This document shows, one piece after another, positions 9,085 through 18,606 of a DNA stretch of 64,000 bases. Positions within the stretch are counted from its first letter, which is position 1. Each line of letters starts with the position of its first letter. The translations under genes and the position numbers were made by a program. Source of the DNA: an uncultured delta proteobacterium (lineage in GTDB: Bacteria; Desulfobacterota; Binatia; Binatales; Binataceae); the NCBI GenBank assembly GCA_963711565.1, contig CAVQEQ010000003.1:704001-768000 (forward strand). The letters are read 5' to 3'. The notes beneath the pieces are model-generated. The model had not been told where the DNA came from. It searched no databases and worked only from the letters and a program-made list of their open reading frames with translations.

Positions 9085-10488
9085 TTGGGGGGAATCCAGC
9101 TTCGACGATTCGTCGCGATAATCGCATCGGCATGCGTTGTTGCCGCATTGTTCTGCAACGTCGCCTTGTCGCAGGATGGCGTTTTGAGCGGAGACGAGGC
9201 GGCGGTGGTGAAAGCTCGCGTCCAGAAGATTCGCGGACTCAAGCTCAAACACGATGTGCCGGTGACCTATCTCAGCGTCGAGGAAACGGAAGCCCGCTTC
9301 AGAACCGAGTTCGCGAAGCAGATAAGCCAGGAGGAAATCGATACAGGCGTCGAGGAGAACAAGATGATTGGCCTCTATCCGCCCGATCTGAAAATCGAGC
9401 GCAAAGACCTGGCCGATATGACGCTCGAGCTGGCGGGCTTCTACGACGCCCATCACAAGGACATCGTCATCATCGATCGGCCGGTCACGATTGCGCTACC
9501 GGATCGATATCGAGATGCCGTGACCGAGATGAAAAAGCTCGACACGGCGGGGACCCTTGGGCACGAGCTGACGCATGCTCTCCAGGACCAGAACTTCGAC
9601 ATCGAAGCCGCGCAAAAGAAGTACAAGGGCGATAGCGATCGCGAGCTCGCCTACAAGGCAATCGTCGAAGGCGACGCGACGCTGTCGGGATTTTCGGTGG
9701 TGACCGGGCGCGTCGATGACCAGACGATCGATTACTTCGATTCGCATCTGCAGGACATCGTGCCGATATTCATGGGACGGATGGAAGGCAAGCCGCGCGC
9801 GATGACTTACCCTTTTATTTTTCAGTACACCGAAGGCGCCCGCTTCGTCGCCGAAGCCTTCCATCGCAAGGGCTGGGCCGGCGTCAATGCACTGTTCACG
9901 GGGCCGCCGTTATCGACGCAGCAGATCATGCATCCCGAACTTTACTTTGATACGCCGACTCCGGCCCTGACCGTCAAGCTGGCCGGCTACGAAAAAGTTC
10001 TGCGCGACTGGAAAAAGGTCGATGAGGATACGCTCGGCGAGCTGATGCTGAAGATCATGATCGAGCGCACGATGGGCGAGGATACGCCGTACGTCGAGGC
10101 GTCCACCAAGTGGGCGGGCGATCGAATCGTCGCGCTGCAAAAGGGAAAATCGCTGACCGTGCTCTGGATGATCGTGTTCCGCAGCGCGGGCGCCGCCGAT
10201 AACTTCGCTCGGCTCTACTCGGGAATCCTCGGCCAGGTGCTGCCGGGCACGACGGCCCGGAAGATCGACCGGCGCGGACCCGCGGTCTTCGTAATGATCG
10301 GCGACGGAGCTATCCGGAACCACGAGTACCTGCCCGAAGTCTGGAAGCAAAGCAGCATCAACGGCGCTCCAGTCGAATCCTACGCGCCCGTCGCAGGCAG
10401 CCAGCAAGCCGCGTCGCCACAATCAGCCGCACAGCAACCGCACCCAGCCCCCACCCCGGAATCGCCTCGCACAATAGAGGCTGATTGA
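9085..10488 (+). CDS. secreted HExxH zinc-metallopeptidase-like protein
   Basis: Signal peptide; GFYD, HELTHALQDQ, EGDA, PPLSTQQIMHPE motifs. Confidence 0.7.
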   Translation: MGGIQLRRFVAIIASACVVAALFCNVALSQDGVLSGDEAAVVKARVQKIRGLKLKHDVPVTYLSVEETEARFRTEFAKQISQEEIDTGVEENKMIGLYPPDLKIERKDLADMTLELAGFYDAHHKDIVIIDRPVTIALPDRYRDAVTEMKKLDTAGTLGHELTHALQDQNFDIEAAQKKYKGDSDRELAYKAIVEGDATLSGFSVVTGRVDDQTIDYFDSHLQDIVPIFMGRMEGKPRAMTYPFIFQYTEGARFVAEAFHRKGWAGVNALFTGPPLSTQQIMHPELYFDTPTPALTVKLAGYEKVLRDWKKVDEDTLGELMLKIMIERTMGEDTPYVEASTKWAGDRIVALQKGKSLTVLWMIVFRSAGAADNFARLYSGILGQVLPGTTARKIDRRGPAVFVMIGDGAIRNHEYLPEVWKQSSINGAPVESYAPVAGSQQAASPQSAAQQPHPAPTPESPRTIEAD

Positions 10489-10539
10489 CAACTGGACAGA
10501 CGCGCACTCGAAGTCTTCGCTGAAAACTGCCACTAACAA

Positions 10540-11799
10540 TCACGACAGGAACGACGGAGTCGTGCGGGTGCGGGACAAGACTGCGAAGGCGCGCAGGCCG
10601 TCGGTGAAATACGGATCGCCGGTCAGGTTGTGACGGGGCGCATCGGCGGATGCGGCCTCCACTCCACGGACGAAGCCGAGGCGGGCAACGCGGCGCGAGG
10701 CCAGCAGATCGTCGAGCACGTAGTCGCGCGCTTCATCGACGTTGGGATCGATCTGATGTGTCGTCAGGTTCCAGGTCTTGAGCGTGAAGCGAACGCCGAT
10801 GTCGCGGCTGACCTGGCCGATCCAGACTGGATCACCGCCGAATCGAATCTGCGTACTCCACAATCGCAGATGCAGGCGCTCGTTGAGGCTCGCGCGGGCG
10901 CGTTGCAGCGCGAAGTCTTGCTGACGTCCGCCGAGATACAGCGGACTCACCGGAGAGTATCGGTATTGCGACTCGAGCAGGAACGCCTTGGCGGTTTTCC
11001 ACGACGTGCCGAGCGTGATCGACTCGGTCTCATCCCATTTGTTGAGGCATTCCTGGATACTGGCGCGGTCCCCCACGATTGCCAGGTTGAGCGGATCGCC
11101 CTCGACCGTCCCCGCCGCATTGCCGGTGCATCGCGGCTGCCTTTCAATCCAGGCCCGCACCGCAGCCTCGTCGAGTTGCTCGGCGCCGCTGTCTTCCTGC
11201 GCGGGATGCGGCAGCACCAGGCCGGGCACCTCGACCGTGAATTGGAAATCAAACGCGTGGCTGCGGCCGAGCAGGCGCAGGTCGATGCGTTTGACGCCTT
11301 CGTCCAGCGGGACGAAGACGAACCCGCTGGCCTTCTTCCCCGCCAGGATCATCCCGGTTGGGAATCCAATCGTGCGAAAGAGTCTCCTCATTCGATCGTT
11401 CGCGGCGCGCGCGGAAAATAGCTTGAGCGGCACCAACAGGAGCAGCGGAAGGAACAGCCATCCGAGCACGCCGAACGCCACCAGCCGCGTGCCGATCGCG
11501 AAACGCGTGACGTGCGCGGCCTCGAGCGGAGTGTAGTAGTCCGGGTCGAGCTGGACGCGGTCGAGCCAGAGCGATTCGTCGCCGCCGTTAACCACCTCAA
11601 GCCACACGGCCTGCAGCCGATGGCGTGCGAGCTTTACACCAAATATGCGCTCGCTCTCGCGATCGCTCGGCACGGCGACGGCGGCCTCAACGTCGTTGTC
11701 GCGGCGAGTCTGCACCCGCTCCATGAACGAGCGCTCGTCGGGATGCGGCGAGTAGTCGACGGTCAACCATCGCCGCAGTGATAACACGCTGTCCGACAT
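10540..11799 (-). CDS. LssY C-terminal domain-containing protein
   Basis: GDPLNL, PVSPLYLGGRQQD, RLHLRLW, THQIDPNVDEARD, PYFTDG motifs. Confidence 0.8.
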   Translation of the reverse strand: MSDSVLSLRRWLTVDYSPHPDERSFMERVQTRRDNDVEAAVAVPSDRESERIFGVKLARHRLQAVWLEVVNGGDESLWLDRVQLDPDYYTPLEAAHVTRFAIGTRLVAFGVLGWLFLPLLLLVPLKLFSARAANDRMRRLFRTIGFPTGMILAGKKASGFVFVPLDEGVKRIDLRLLGRSHAFDFQFTVEVPGLVLPHPAQEDSGAEQLDEAAVRAWIERQPRCTGNAAGTVEGDPLNLAIVGDRASIQECLNKWDETESITLGTSWKTAKAFLLESQYRYSPVSPLYLGGRQQDFALQRARASLNERLHLRLWSTQIRFGGDPVWIGQVSRDIGVRFTLKTWNLTTHQIDPNVDEARDYVLDDLLASRRVARLGFVRGVEAASADAPRHNLTGDPYFTDGLRAFAVLSRTRTTPSFLS

Positions 11800-11810
11800 G
11801 CGCTCGGTAT

Positions 11811-12383
11811 TCAGTCACACACGCAGTTGGAACATAGGCGTTGTTGCTGGGCGCTCGAAAAATTCAGACCGCTTGATGGCGAAACGGGCGAATTGGCTCC
11901 GATTACCCCTTGCACCGCGGCGGCCGAATTGGACCCGCCGGGGGCGCCAAAGGAATTTGCGGCACCCGCGTTCTGCGCCGCTCCCGGCAATCCACCGAAG
12001 AATCTCGCAGCATCGACGCCGCCCGCAGCTCCATAGGAAGGAGCCTTGCCCTGGTTGTAGGAAGCGCACGCGCCGCTCGCGCTATTGCTCGCGCCAAGGT
12101 ACGACGGTGCTGTCACTGTGCCCATCCAGTGCGTAGGCTGACCAGGACCGGAACACGTGCAGTTGAACAATCGCGCGCCGGGTGTCGAGTAGGCGGCGGG
12201 CAGCGACGGTACAGCTACTGGAATCGGCGCGATCGCGGTGCTGATTGGCGCCGGCAGTTGGGCTGGAGGGCTGGGCGGCAGCGCAGGTACTACCAACGGA
12301 TTGGTTGCAGGCAGTTGAGCGAATGCGACGGAGGCCAGCATCAGGGCAATTGCGAGCAGCGCGATAGACTTGAGTGCGGTCAT
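11811..12383 (-). CDS. secreted Pro/Gly-rich hypothetical protein with six Cys
   Basis: Signal peptide (AFA|Q), Pro-rich linker, CTC...C...CSNCVC; abuts the TolC stop codon. Confidence 0.6.
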   Translation of the reverse strand: MTALKSIALLAIALMLASVAFAQLPATNPLVVPALPPSPPAQLPAPISTAIAPIPVAVPSLPAAYSTPGARLFNCTCSGPGQPTHWMGTVTAPSYLGASNSASGACASYNQGKAPSYGAAGGVDAARFFGGLPGAAQNAGAANSFGAPGGSNSAAAVQGVIGANSPVSPSSGLNFSSAQQQRLCSNCVCD

Positions 12384-12385
12384 TC

Positions 12386-14263
12386 TCAGAAGCGCGCGTA
12401 CCATGGCGGCCGAGTCTGGCTCTGCAGTTGAAAGTCGATGTTGAACTTGTCGAGCAGCGTGCCTTCAGAATGCCACAACGCCAGGCGCGCATTCTCCAAA
12501 CCGACATCGGCCTGAACCTCGCTACCCTGCGCGGTTACGAGATTGCTTTGGTACTGGAGCAGTGTGTTGGTGGTCGCCAGGCCGACGCGGAATTGCGCTT
12601 GAGTATCGTGCAGAGCCTTTTGTGCGTACTTGGTCGCTTCGGCAGTGGCGTCAACCTGCTCCTGGTAGGCGGTCAAATTCGCCAGCGCACTTTTGACCAG
12701 CAAAACCGACTGGTACAGCGCCTGGCGATACTGCATCCGGCTCTGATCGTACGCGACATGAGCCTGCGCGAGTGCGGCCTTCGCGGCGGCATTGTCGAGC
12801 GGCATCGAGAAGCCCAGCACCGCGGCATAGTCGTAAAATTTGAAATCGAAGAGTCCGTTCAACGCCGTGCCGTAGTCGCCTCCGAACGGAAGCAGCGCCC
12901 CGTTGTCAGATCCCGGCGGTACCGTGGGTCCGGACGGGCTGAAGCAGTTGGCGAACGCAGGGACAGTACCCGAGGTGGTGCATTTGGAGTTGCCGGCCTG
13001 TGAGGTCATGCCGAATTGCGCACCGATATTGAGTTGCGGCAATGTCTGGTTCTCGGCGTACTTGACCTGGATCAACGCGCTGCGAATCGCCTCGCGCATC
13101 CCGGCCAGCGCGGGACTGTCTTCGAGCATCGCCTTGAACGCGAAATCGTCCGTCTCGACTGCCCCGTACTTGGTGTCGGGTTGCTGCAACGGTTGTATTT
13201 CCGAGGCGAGCATCGCGCCGGCGTTGTTAGCCGCCACATCCTGGCGCAGCGTGGTGCGGGCGATTTCGAGGCCCGCCTTCGCCGCGGATACGTTCGCCCG
13301 CGCGGTGGCGGCGGCCGACAAGGCCTCCGACAGGTTGACCGCCGCCATCATGCCGAGCCGGACATTGTTGCCGTTAACCCGTACCAGATCGGCGTTGAAC
13401 TTCAGCGCTGAATCGGCGACCTGCAAGTTCTCGACGGCCTGCACCACGCCCCAATAATCGTTACCGATACGCTGGACGAAATCGTTGACCGATGAAGCAT
13501 AGTTCCATTGCGAGGACCGTTGCGCCGACTCGGCCAGGCGAACGTTAATCGTGGCAAACTGCCAGCCAAAATTCTGCAATAGCGGCTGCGACAGCGACAT
13601 CACCATGGTCGGCGTGTATACGGGATTGACCGGGCTGAATCCGGAATTGGTCAATTCGCGATCGTTGTTGAAGGTAATGCCCAAAGTGCCGTTGGTGGCG
13701 GAAAGTACTTTGCTTACCCCAAAGTTCCAGTCGTAGAACTTCGCCGTGTTGGTGATGCTGTTCGGGTTTTGAAACGGCGACGAGACCGGCGTGACCTCCT
13801 TTTCCACATCGATTTGCGAGCTGAGCTGAGGGTCGAACACGGCATTCGCCCCTTTGACGCTCTCGGTCGCCGCCACCGGGTCCAACGACACCGACATCAA
13901 GCCGGGATTATTCTCGAGCGCCAGGTAGATGGTCTCTTTGAGACTGAGCTTCTGCTGCTGATTGTCCTCGATCTGCGGGAAATAGTCGGTAGCTAGATTC
14001 TCGCGGTCGGGGATCCATTGGCGGGCGAACATTTTGGGCAGCGACAGGATCGGATTGGTCTCGAACTGGCGCGCCGCGCGGGAAGGAACGCTGACATTCA
14101 CCGGCGGCGCCGAGTTTTGCGATCCGATCAAGCTGGTTTGATTTGCGGCGCTGGCGCTCGAGCTGGCGGACGGCGCCTGCGCATACGCGAGCGGGATCGT
14201 CGCTGCCGTCAGGCCGACACTAAGGAGCACCGCACCTAAGACAGCAGAGTGCAATTTTTTCAT
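12386..14263 (-). CDS. TolC-family outer membrane efflux protein
   Basis: Signal peptide; LSLKETIYLALENNP, SLSQPLL, NQTLPQLN, FRVGLAT repeats typical of OEP. Confidence 0.85.
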   Translation of the reverse strand: MKKLHSAVLGAVLLSVGLTAATIPLAYAQAPSASSSASAANQTSLIGSQNSAPPVNVSVPSRAARQFETNPILSLPKMFARQWIPDRENLATDYFPQIEDNQQQKLSLKETIYLALENNPGLMSVSLDPVAATESVKGANAVFDPQLSSQIDVEKEVTPVSSPFQNPNSITNTAKFYDWNFGVSKVLSATNGTLGITFNNDRELTNSGFSPVNPVYTPTMVMSLSQPLLQNFGWQFATINVRLAESAQRSSQWNYASSVNDFVQRIGNDYWGVVQAVENLQVADSALKFNADLVRVNGNNVRLGMMAAVNLSEALSAAATARANVSAAKAGLEIARTTLRQDVAANNAGAMLASEIQPLQQPDTKYGAVETDDFAFKAMLEDSPALAGMREAIRSALIQVKYAENQTLPQLNIGAQFGMTSQAGNSKCTTSGTVPAFANCFSPSGPTVPPGSDNGALLPFGGDYGTALNGLFDFKFYDYAAVLGFSMPLDNAAAKAALAQAHVAYDQSRMQYRQALYQSVLLVKSALANLTAYQEQVDATAEATKYAQKALHDTQAQFRVGLATTNTLLQYQSNLVTAQGSEVQADVGLENARLALWHSEGTLLDKFNIDFQLQSQTRPPWYARF

Positions 14264-14553
14264 TTTGGTTAGGCTCGCGAGAACTTGCTGAGGTTATCCA
14301 GGCTGCCGCGGAATTGTATTTCGGCTGATATATTTTGAGAAGCGCCACGAACGCAAATCGCGGCAAACTTGCGACCCATTTCGCGCCCGCACTTTCAACA
14401 TACAGCCAGACCGGTCCGAATTAATTAGAGACGTACCGCTGCGGCGAAGGTTACAGCGTTTCGCCCTGCCCGCTCCATCGCAAAAGCGCAGTTGACTCTG
14501 GACGTGTACGCGCGGATATTCTCAGCAACTCCCTGATGGGAGGTGCATGGACG

Positions 14554-14625
14554 ATGAATAGCCACCTTAAAGATCTTGCCGCATCGCACACGAGCGCGCC
14601 TCCGCTGAGCAGTAGTCGCCGGTAA
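14554..14625 (+). other. putative leader peptide (MNSHLKDLAASHTSAPPLSSSRR)
   Basis: GGGAGG at 14538-14543; short ORF ends about 26 nt before a terminator hairpin. Confidence 0.3.
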
Positions 14626-14651
14626 GCATCCGGAAATTTCCCCGACATCGT

Positions 14652-14684
14652 AGCCACGGAGGCGAATGCTGCCGTGGCTTTTTT
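14652..14684 (+). terminator. intrinsic terminator in the 5' region of the RIO1-like gene
   Basis: AGCCACGG-aggcgaatgctg-CCGTGGCT followed by a T run. Confidence 0.65.
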
Positions 14685-14829
14685 GCGTCCGCTTCGCGCG
14701 AGGCTCGCGCGTGCGCGATTCGGCTAATCGACTTTGGAAAATCGCAAATGGAGGACGAAGCCATGACGGAAACCGCTCGGCAGAAAACCAGAGAGGTGCG
14801 AACGCAACTTCTAACTATTGAGGCAAGAA

Positions 14830-15573
14830 ATGACCACTGCTTTAGAGATCGACGAAGGATTACTCGACGCGTTTATCGGTGATGGATCGATAACCAACGT
14901 CCTATACGTGGTGAGGAGCGGGAAAGAGGCTACTGTCTATTGCTGCCGCGGGGCGGACGCGTTCGGCGGCGGGCTCGTCGCGGCGAAACTTTACCGTCCG
15001 CTCGAACGGCGCAATTTTCGCAACGATGCGATCTACCAGACCGGCCGCGACGCGGTGCTCAGCAGCCGCACCAAACGCGCGCTGGCGAACAAGAGCCGTC
15101 ATGGGCGCGATGTGCAATACGGTACCTGGATCAACGCCGAATTTCAGACCATGCGGATGCTCCACGCGGCGGGCGCCGACGTGCCCGAGGTATTCTCGCG
15201 ATCGAATGGCGCAATGCTGATGGAATATTTCGGCGACGAGCAGGCCGCGGCGCCGATGCTCAATCGAGTCACGCTGCCGCGCGAGCAAGCGGAACAATTT
15301 CTGCGCCGGATTATCGACAACATCACGCTATGGCTCGCGAACCATCTCGTGCATGGCGACTTGTCGCCGTACAACCTGCTTTACTGGGAGGATCGAATCG
15401 TCGCGATCGACTTTCCGCAGGCGGTTGACCCACGGATCAATCCAAAGGCGAGGTTGTTGCTCGGCCGCGATCTGGAAAATGTATGCGCGCATTTCGCGAG
15501 ATACGGTATTCGCGCGGATGCGGAAAGGATCGCGAACGCATTGTGGGCGAACTATCAGACGGGAAGGCTGTAA
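14830..15573 (+). CDS. RIO1-family kinase/ATPase
   Basis: SGKEATVY, AAKLY, LMEY, VHGDLSPYNLL, IDFPQAV, RDLENV. Confidence 0.9.
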   Translation: MTTALEIDEGLLDAFIGDGSITNVLYVVRSGKEATVYCCRGADAFGGGLVAAKLYRPLERRNFRNDAIYQTGRDAVLSSRTKRALANKSRHGRDVQYGTWINAEFQTMRMLHAAGADVPEVFSRSNGAMLMEYFGDEQAAAPMLNRVTLPREQAEQFLRRIIDNITLWLANHLVHGDLSPYNLLYWEDRIVAIDFPQAVDPRINPKARLLLGRDLENVCAHFARYGIRADAERIANALWANYQTGRL

Positions 15574-15614
15574 GTTCGTCACGAGCTGCGATTAAATGAA
15601 CGCCAGGTTTAGAT

Positions 15615-16535
15615 ATGGCCAGGCAAATCGGGCCCGTTAAGGCCCGCATCGAATATACGGGAATCACCGCCGTCACCGCGGCGCTGCGGGCGATGCCGTT
15701 GGAACGCGCGGTGCGGGCGGGCGCGCGGCTGGGCGGATGGGCGATGAATTTCGATCGACCCAACCGGCCGATCGCGCTTAAAAATCTCGAGATCGCTTTC
15801 CCCGAGATGACCACGACGGCGCGCCTCAACATCCTGCGCAAGATGTATCGCAGTTGGGGCCGTGTGCTGGCCGAATGGACTCACTTGCCCGAGCTCAGCC
15901 GCGCAAACGTCGAGCAGGTCGCCACCTACGAGGGCAAGGAAAATTGGGACGAGGCTGAGCGGCGGTCTAACGGCCGCGGCCTGTTCGTGCTGACCGGCCA
16001 TTACGGAAATTTCGAGCTGATGCAGATTGCGCAATCGATTTACGGCTACCGCCTCGCCATCGTGCATCGCGCGCTGCGCAATCCGCTCATCGACGCCGCC
16101 ATCTCGACCCAGCGCGTCCGCTACGGCAACCGCATCATTGAGCGCAAGGCGGGCGGACGCGAGATGATGCGGATGCTGCGGCAGAACTGGATGATCGCGA
16201 TCGCGCTCGACCTCGACGTGCGCAAGGGCGTGTTCGTCGATTTCTTCGGGCTGCCGGCCTCGACCAGCGACGGTATCGCGCGGCTGTCGATCGCCACCGG
16301 CGCGCCTGTGATGCCGGTGTTCATGGTGCGCGAGGGCGACACGGTTCGGCACAAGATCAAAATCCTGCCCGCCTTCTATCCCGAGAAGCGGCGCGACCGC
16401 GAGGCCGCAGTGCGCGAGTACACGCAGCTCTATTCCAACACGCTCGAGCAGATGATCCGCGAGCATCCCGATCACTGGAACTGGATTCACCGGCGATGGA
16501 AAACGCGCCCGCCCGGCGAGTCGCGCTTCTACTAA
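15615..16535 (+). CDS. lipid A late acyltransferase (LpxL/HtrB family)
   Basis: TGHYGNFE, VDFFG, PDHWNWIHRRWKTRP. Confidence 0.85.
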   Translation: MARQIGPVKARIEYTGITAVTAALRAMPLERAVRAGARLGGWAMNFDRPNRPIALKNLEIAFPEMTTTARLNILRKMYRSWGRVLAEWTHLPELSRANVEQVATYEGKENWDEAERRSNGRGLFVLTGHYGNFELMQIAQSIYGYRLAIVHRALRNPLIDAAISTQRVRYGNRIIERKAGGREMMRMLRQNWMIAIALDLDVRKGVFVDFFGLPASTSDGIARLSIATGAPVMPVFMVREGDTVRHKIKILPAFYPEKRRDREAAVREYTQLYSNTLEQMIREHPDHWNWIHRRWKTRPPGESRFY

Positions 16536-16547
16536 AATCAAAGGATT

Positions 16548-17489
16548 GTGTCGGCAATGCTCAAGGTGCGCGGACTCAGAAAATGCTTCGGCGAGCGAGT
16601 CGCTGTCGATGACGTGAGCTTCTCGATCGACGCGGGTGAAATCTACGGTCTGCTCGGACCCAACGGGGCTGGCAAGACCACCTCGATCTCGATGATTGCC
16701 GGAATTCTCGCGCGCGACGGGGGCGAGGTAACGATCGACGGCATCGATATCGACGCCGGGCCGCCCGCGCGGGCCATGATTGGTATCGTCCCGCAATCGA
16801 TCGCGCTGTACACCGATCTGACTGCGCGCGAGAACCTCAATTTCTGGGGACGGATGTACGATCTGAGCGGGGACCGGCTCCGTCTGGCTGTGGAAGACGC
16901 CCTTAACGCCGTGGGTTTGACGCCACGCGCCGACGAGATCGCGAGTACTTTCTCGGGGGGAATGCAGCGACGCCTGAACCTCGCCTGCGGAATTCTCCAT
17001 CAGCCGAAGCTTTTGGTACTCGACGAGCCGACCGTGGGGGTCAACCCGCAGAGCCGCAGTGCGATTTTCGATCTGGTAGAGCGCTTGCGTGATAGCGGAA
17101 CCGCAATTCTATACACCACCCACTATATGGAGGAGGCCGAACGCCTGTGTGCTCGGATTGGCATTATCGACGCAGGCAAAATCATCGTCGATGGTACTCG
17201 CGCGGAGTTGGTAGCCGGCCTCGGTCAGGACGCGCGGATCGAAATCGGCCTTGGTCGTGGCGAGGGGCTCACCCGTGCGGTCTCGGTGGTCGATCGGCTC
17301 GAAGGCGTACGTTCCGTGCAGACGCTGGATGACCACATCGTTGTGTTCGCGGACCACGGAGCGCATCGCCTGCCCGCGCTGTTGTCGGCGCTCCTCAACG
17401 CAGGCCTGGTCGCGGAGAGCATCAGAGTCGTCGAGCCTAATCTGGAAGACGTCTTCCTGCGCATGACCGGGCGGGCGCTAAGGGACTGA
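16548..17489 (+). CDS. ABC-2 type exporter ATP-binding protein
   Basis: GPNGAGKTT, FSGGMQRR, LDEPT, TTHYMEEAE, PNLEDVF. Confidence 0.92.
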   Translation: MSAMLKVRGLRKCFGERVAVDDVSFSIDAGEIYGLLGPNGAGKTTSISMIAGILARDGGEVTIDGIDIDAGPPARAMIGIVPQSIALYTDLTARENLNFWGRMYDLSGDRLRLAVEDALNAVGLTPRADEIASTFSGGMQRRLNLACGILHQPKLLVLDEPTVGVNPQSRSAIFDLVERLRDSGTAILYTTHYMEEAERLCARIGIIDAGKIIVDGTRAELVAGLGQDARIEIGLGRGEGLTRAVSVVDRLEGVRSVQTLDDHIVVFADHGAHRLPALLSALLNAGLVAESIRVVEPNLEDVFLRMTGRALRD

Positions 17490-17495
17490 AGCATT

Positions 17496-18605
17496 ATGCA
17501 TCACGCGTGGCTGATCTGCCTGAAGGACCTGCGCCAGCGAATGCGCGATCGCACAGCCCTGATCGTCGCAGTCGTCGCACCGCTGGCGCTGACGGCGCTG
17601 GTCGGGATGGCGCTGTCGGGTTCGCAAGGCATTAGCATGCGGCTGGGAATCGCGGACCTCGACGGCTCCGCGCTCTCGCATGCGCTGGTCGCCTTTGTTC
17701 AACGTCCATGGCTCAAAGGAATAATCGAGGTGCGGCAGATTGCTTCGCGGACGGCGGCTCAAGCCGCGGTCGAGCGCCGCGAGGTCGATTGTGCGGTCGT
17801 CATCGATCGGGGTTTCGCCGATGCAGCGAGCGACGACAAGTCCAAATCGATCGAAATTCTTGGCTCTGGAAGCGCACAGTTCGCGGTGCAGGGGACGCGC
17901 GCACTCGTTCAGGATTTCGTTCAGCGCGTTGCCTCCAAACGAGTTGATCAGCTCCCCATCGCCTCGGTGACGCCGCTCTCCCCCGGCGGCTCACTCAGAA
18001 TGATCGACTTCTTCGCCGCGTCGATGACCGTGCTGTTTCTGACTTTTGCCGTACTGTCCGGCGTGCGAGCACTGCAATCGGAGGTTGACAGCCGGACTAT
18101 CTTGCGGCTGATGGCATCGCCCACCGAAGCGACCGCAATACTGGCCGGAAAGTTTGCGGCGCTTCTGCTCATCGGGCTGACCCAGATGAGCGTGATGATC
18201 GCGGCGACATCCATTCTGTTCGGCACCAAATGGGGCAATCCACTTCCGGTTGCCGCGCTGGTTGCGACCAGTGTGCTGATGGCGATCGGCCTGACCGCCT
18301 TCCTCATGAGCCTTGCGAAGAACGCGGAACAGGGAACCGCGTTGGCTGCGATCGTGATCTCCCTGCTCTCGGTCGTGGGCGGCCAGTTTCTTCCACCGCA
18401 GGGGCTTCCGGATGTATTTGAAACTCTCGCCCGCCTGACCCCAAACGGCCAGGCGTTCTATGGCTTCGTCGATCTGTCCGCGGCCGGGAGCAACGGCAGC
18501 ATCGCAACCATCATGCAACCATTGCTGTTCACCCTGGTCGTTGGCGTAGCCGGTATCGCATTCGCCACGTTCAGGGCGCGCGCGGCATTGCAGCGGATAA
18601 CTTAA
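17496..18605 (+). CDS. ABC-2 type exporter permease
   Basis: N-terminal TM, large loop, five C-terminal TMs; RLMASP...ILAGK; operon with the ATPase. Confidence 0.85.
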   Translation: MHHAWLICLKDLRQRMRDRTALIVAVVAPLALTALVGMALSGSQGISMRLGIADLDGSALSHALVAFVQRPWLKGIIEVRQIASRTAAQAAVERREVDCAVVIDRGFADAASDDKSKSIEILGSGSAQFAVQGTRALVQDFVQRVASKRVDQLPIASVTPLSPGGSLRMIDFFAASMTVLFLTFAVLSGVRALQSEVDSRTILRLMASPTEATAILAGKFAALLLIGLTQMSVMIAATSILFGTKWGNPLPVAALVATSVLMAIGLTAFLMSLAKNAEQGTALAAIVISLLSVVGGQFLPPQGLPDVFETLARLTPNGQAFYGFVDLSAAGSNGSIATIMQPLLFTLVVGVAGIAFATFRARAALQRIT

Positions 18606-18606
18606 A

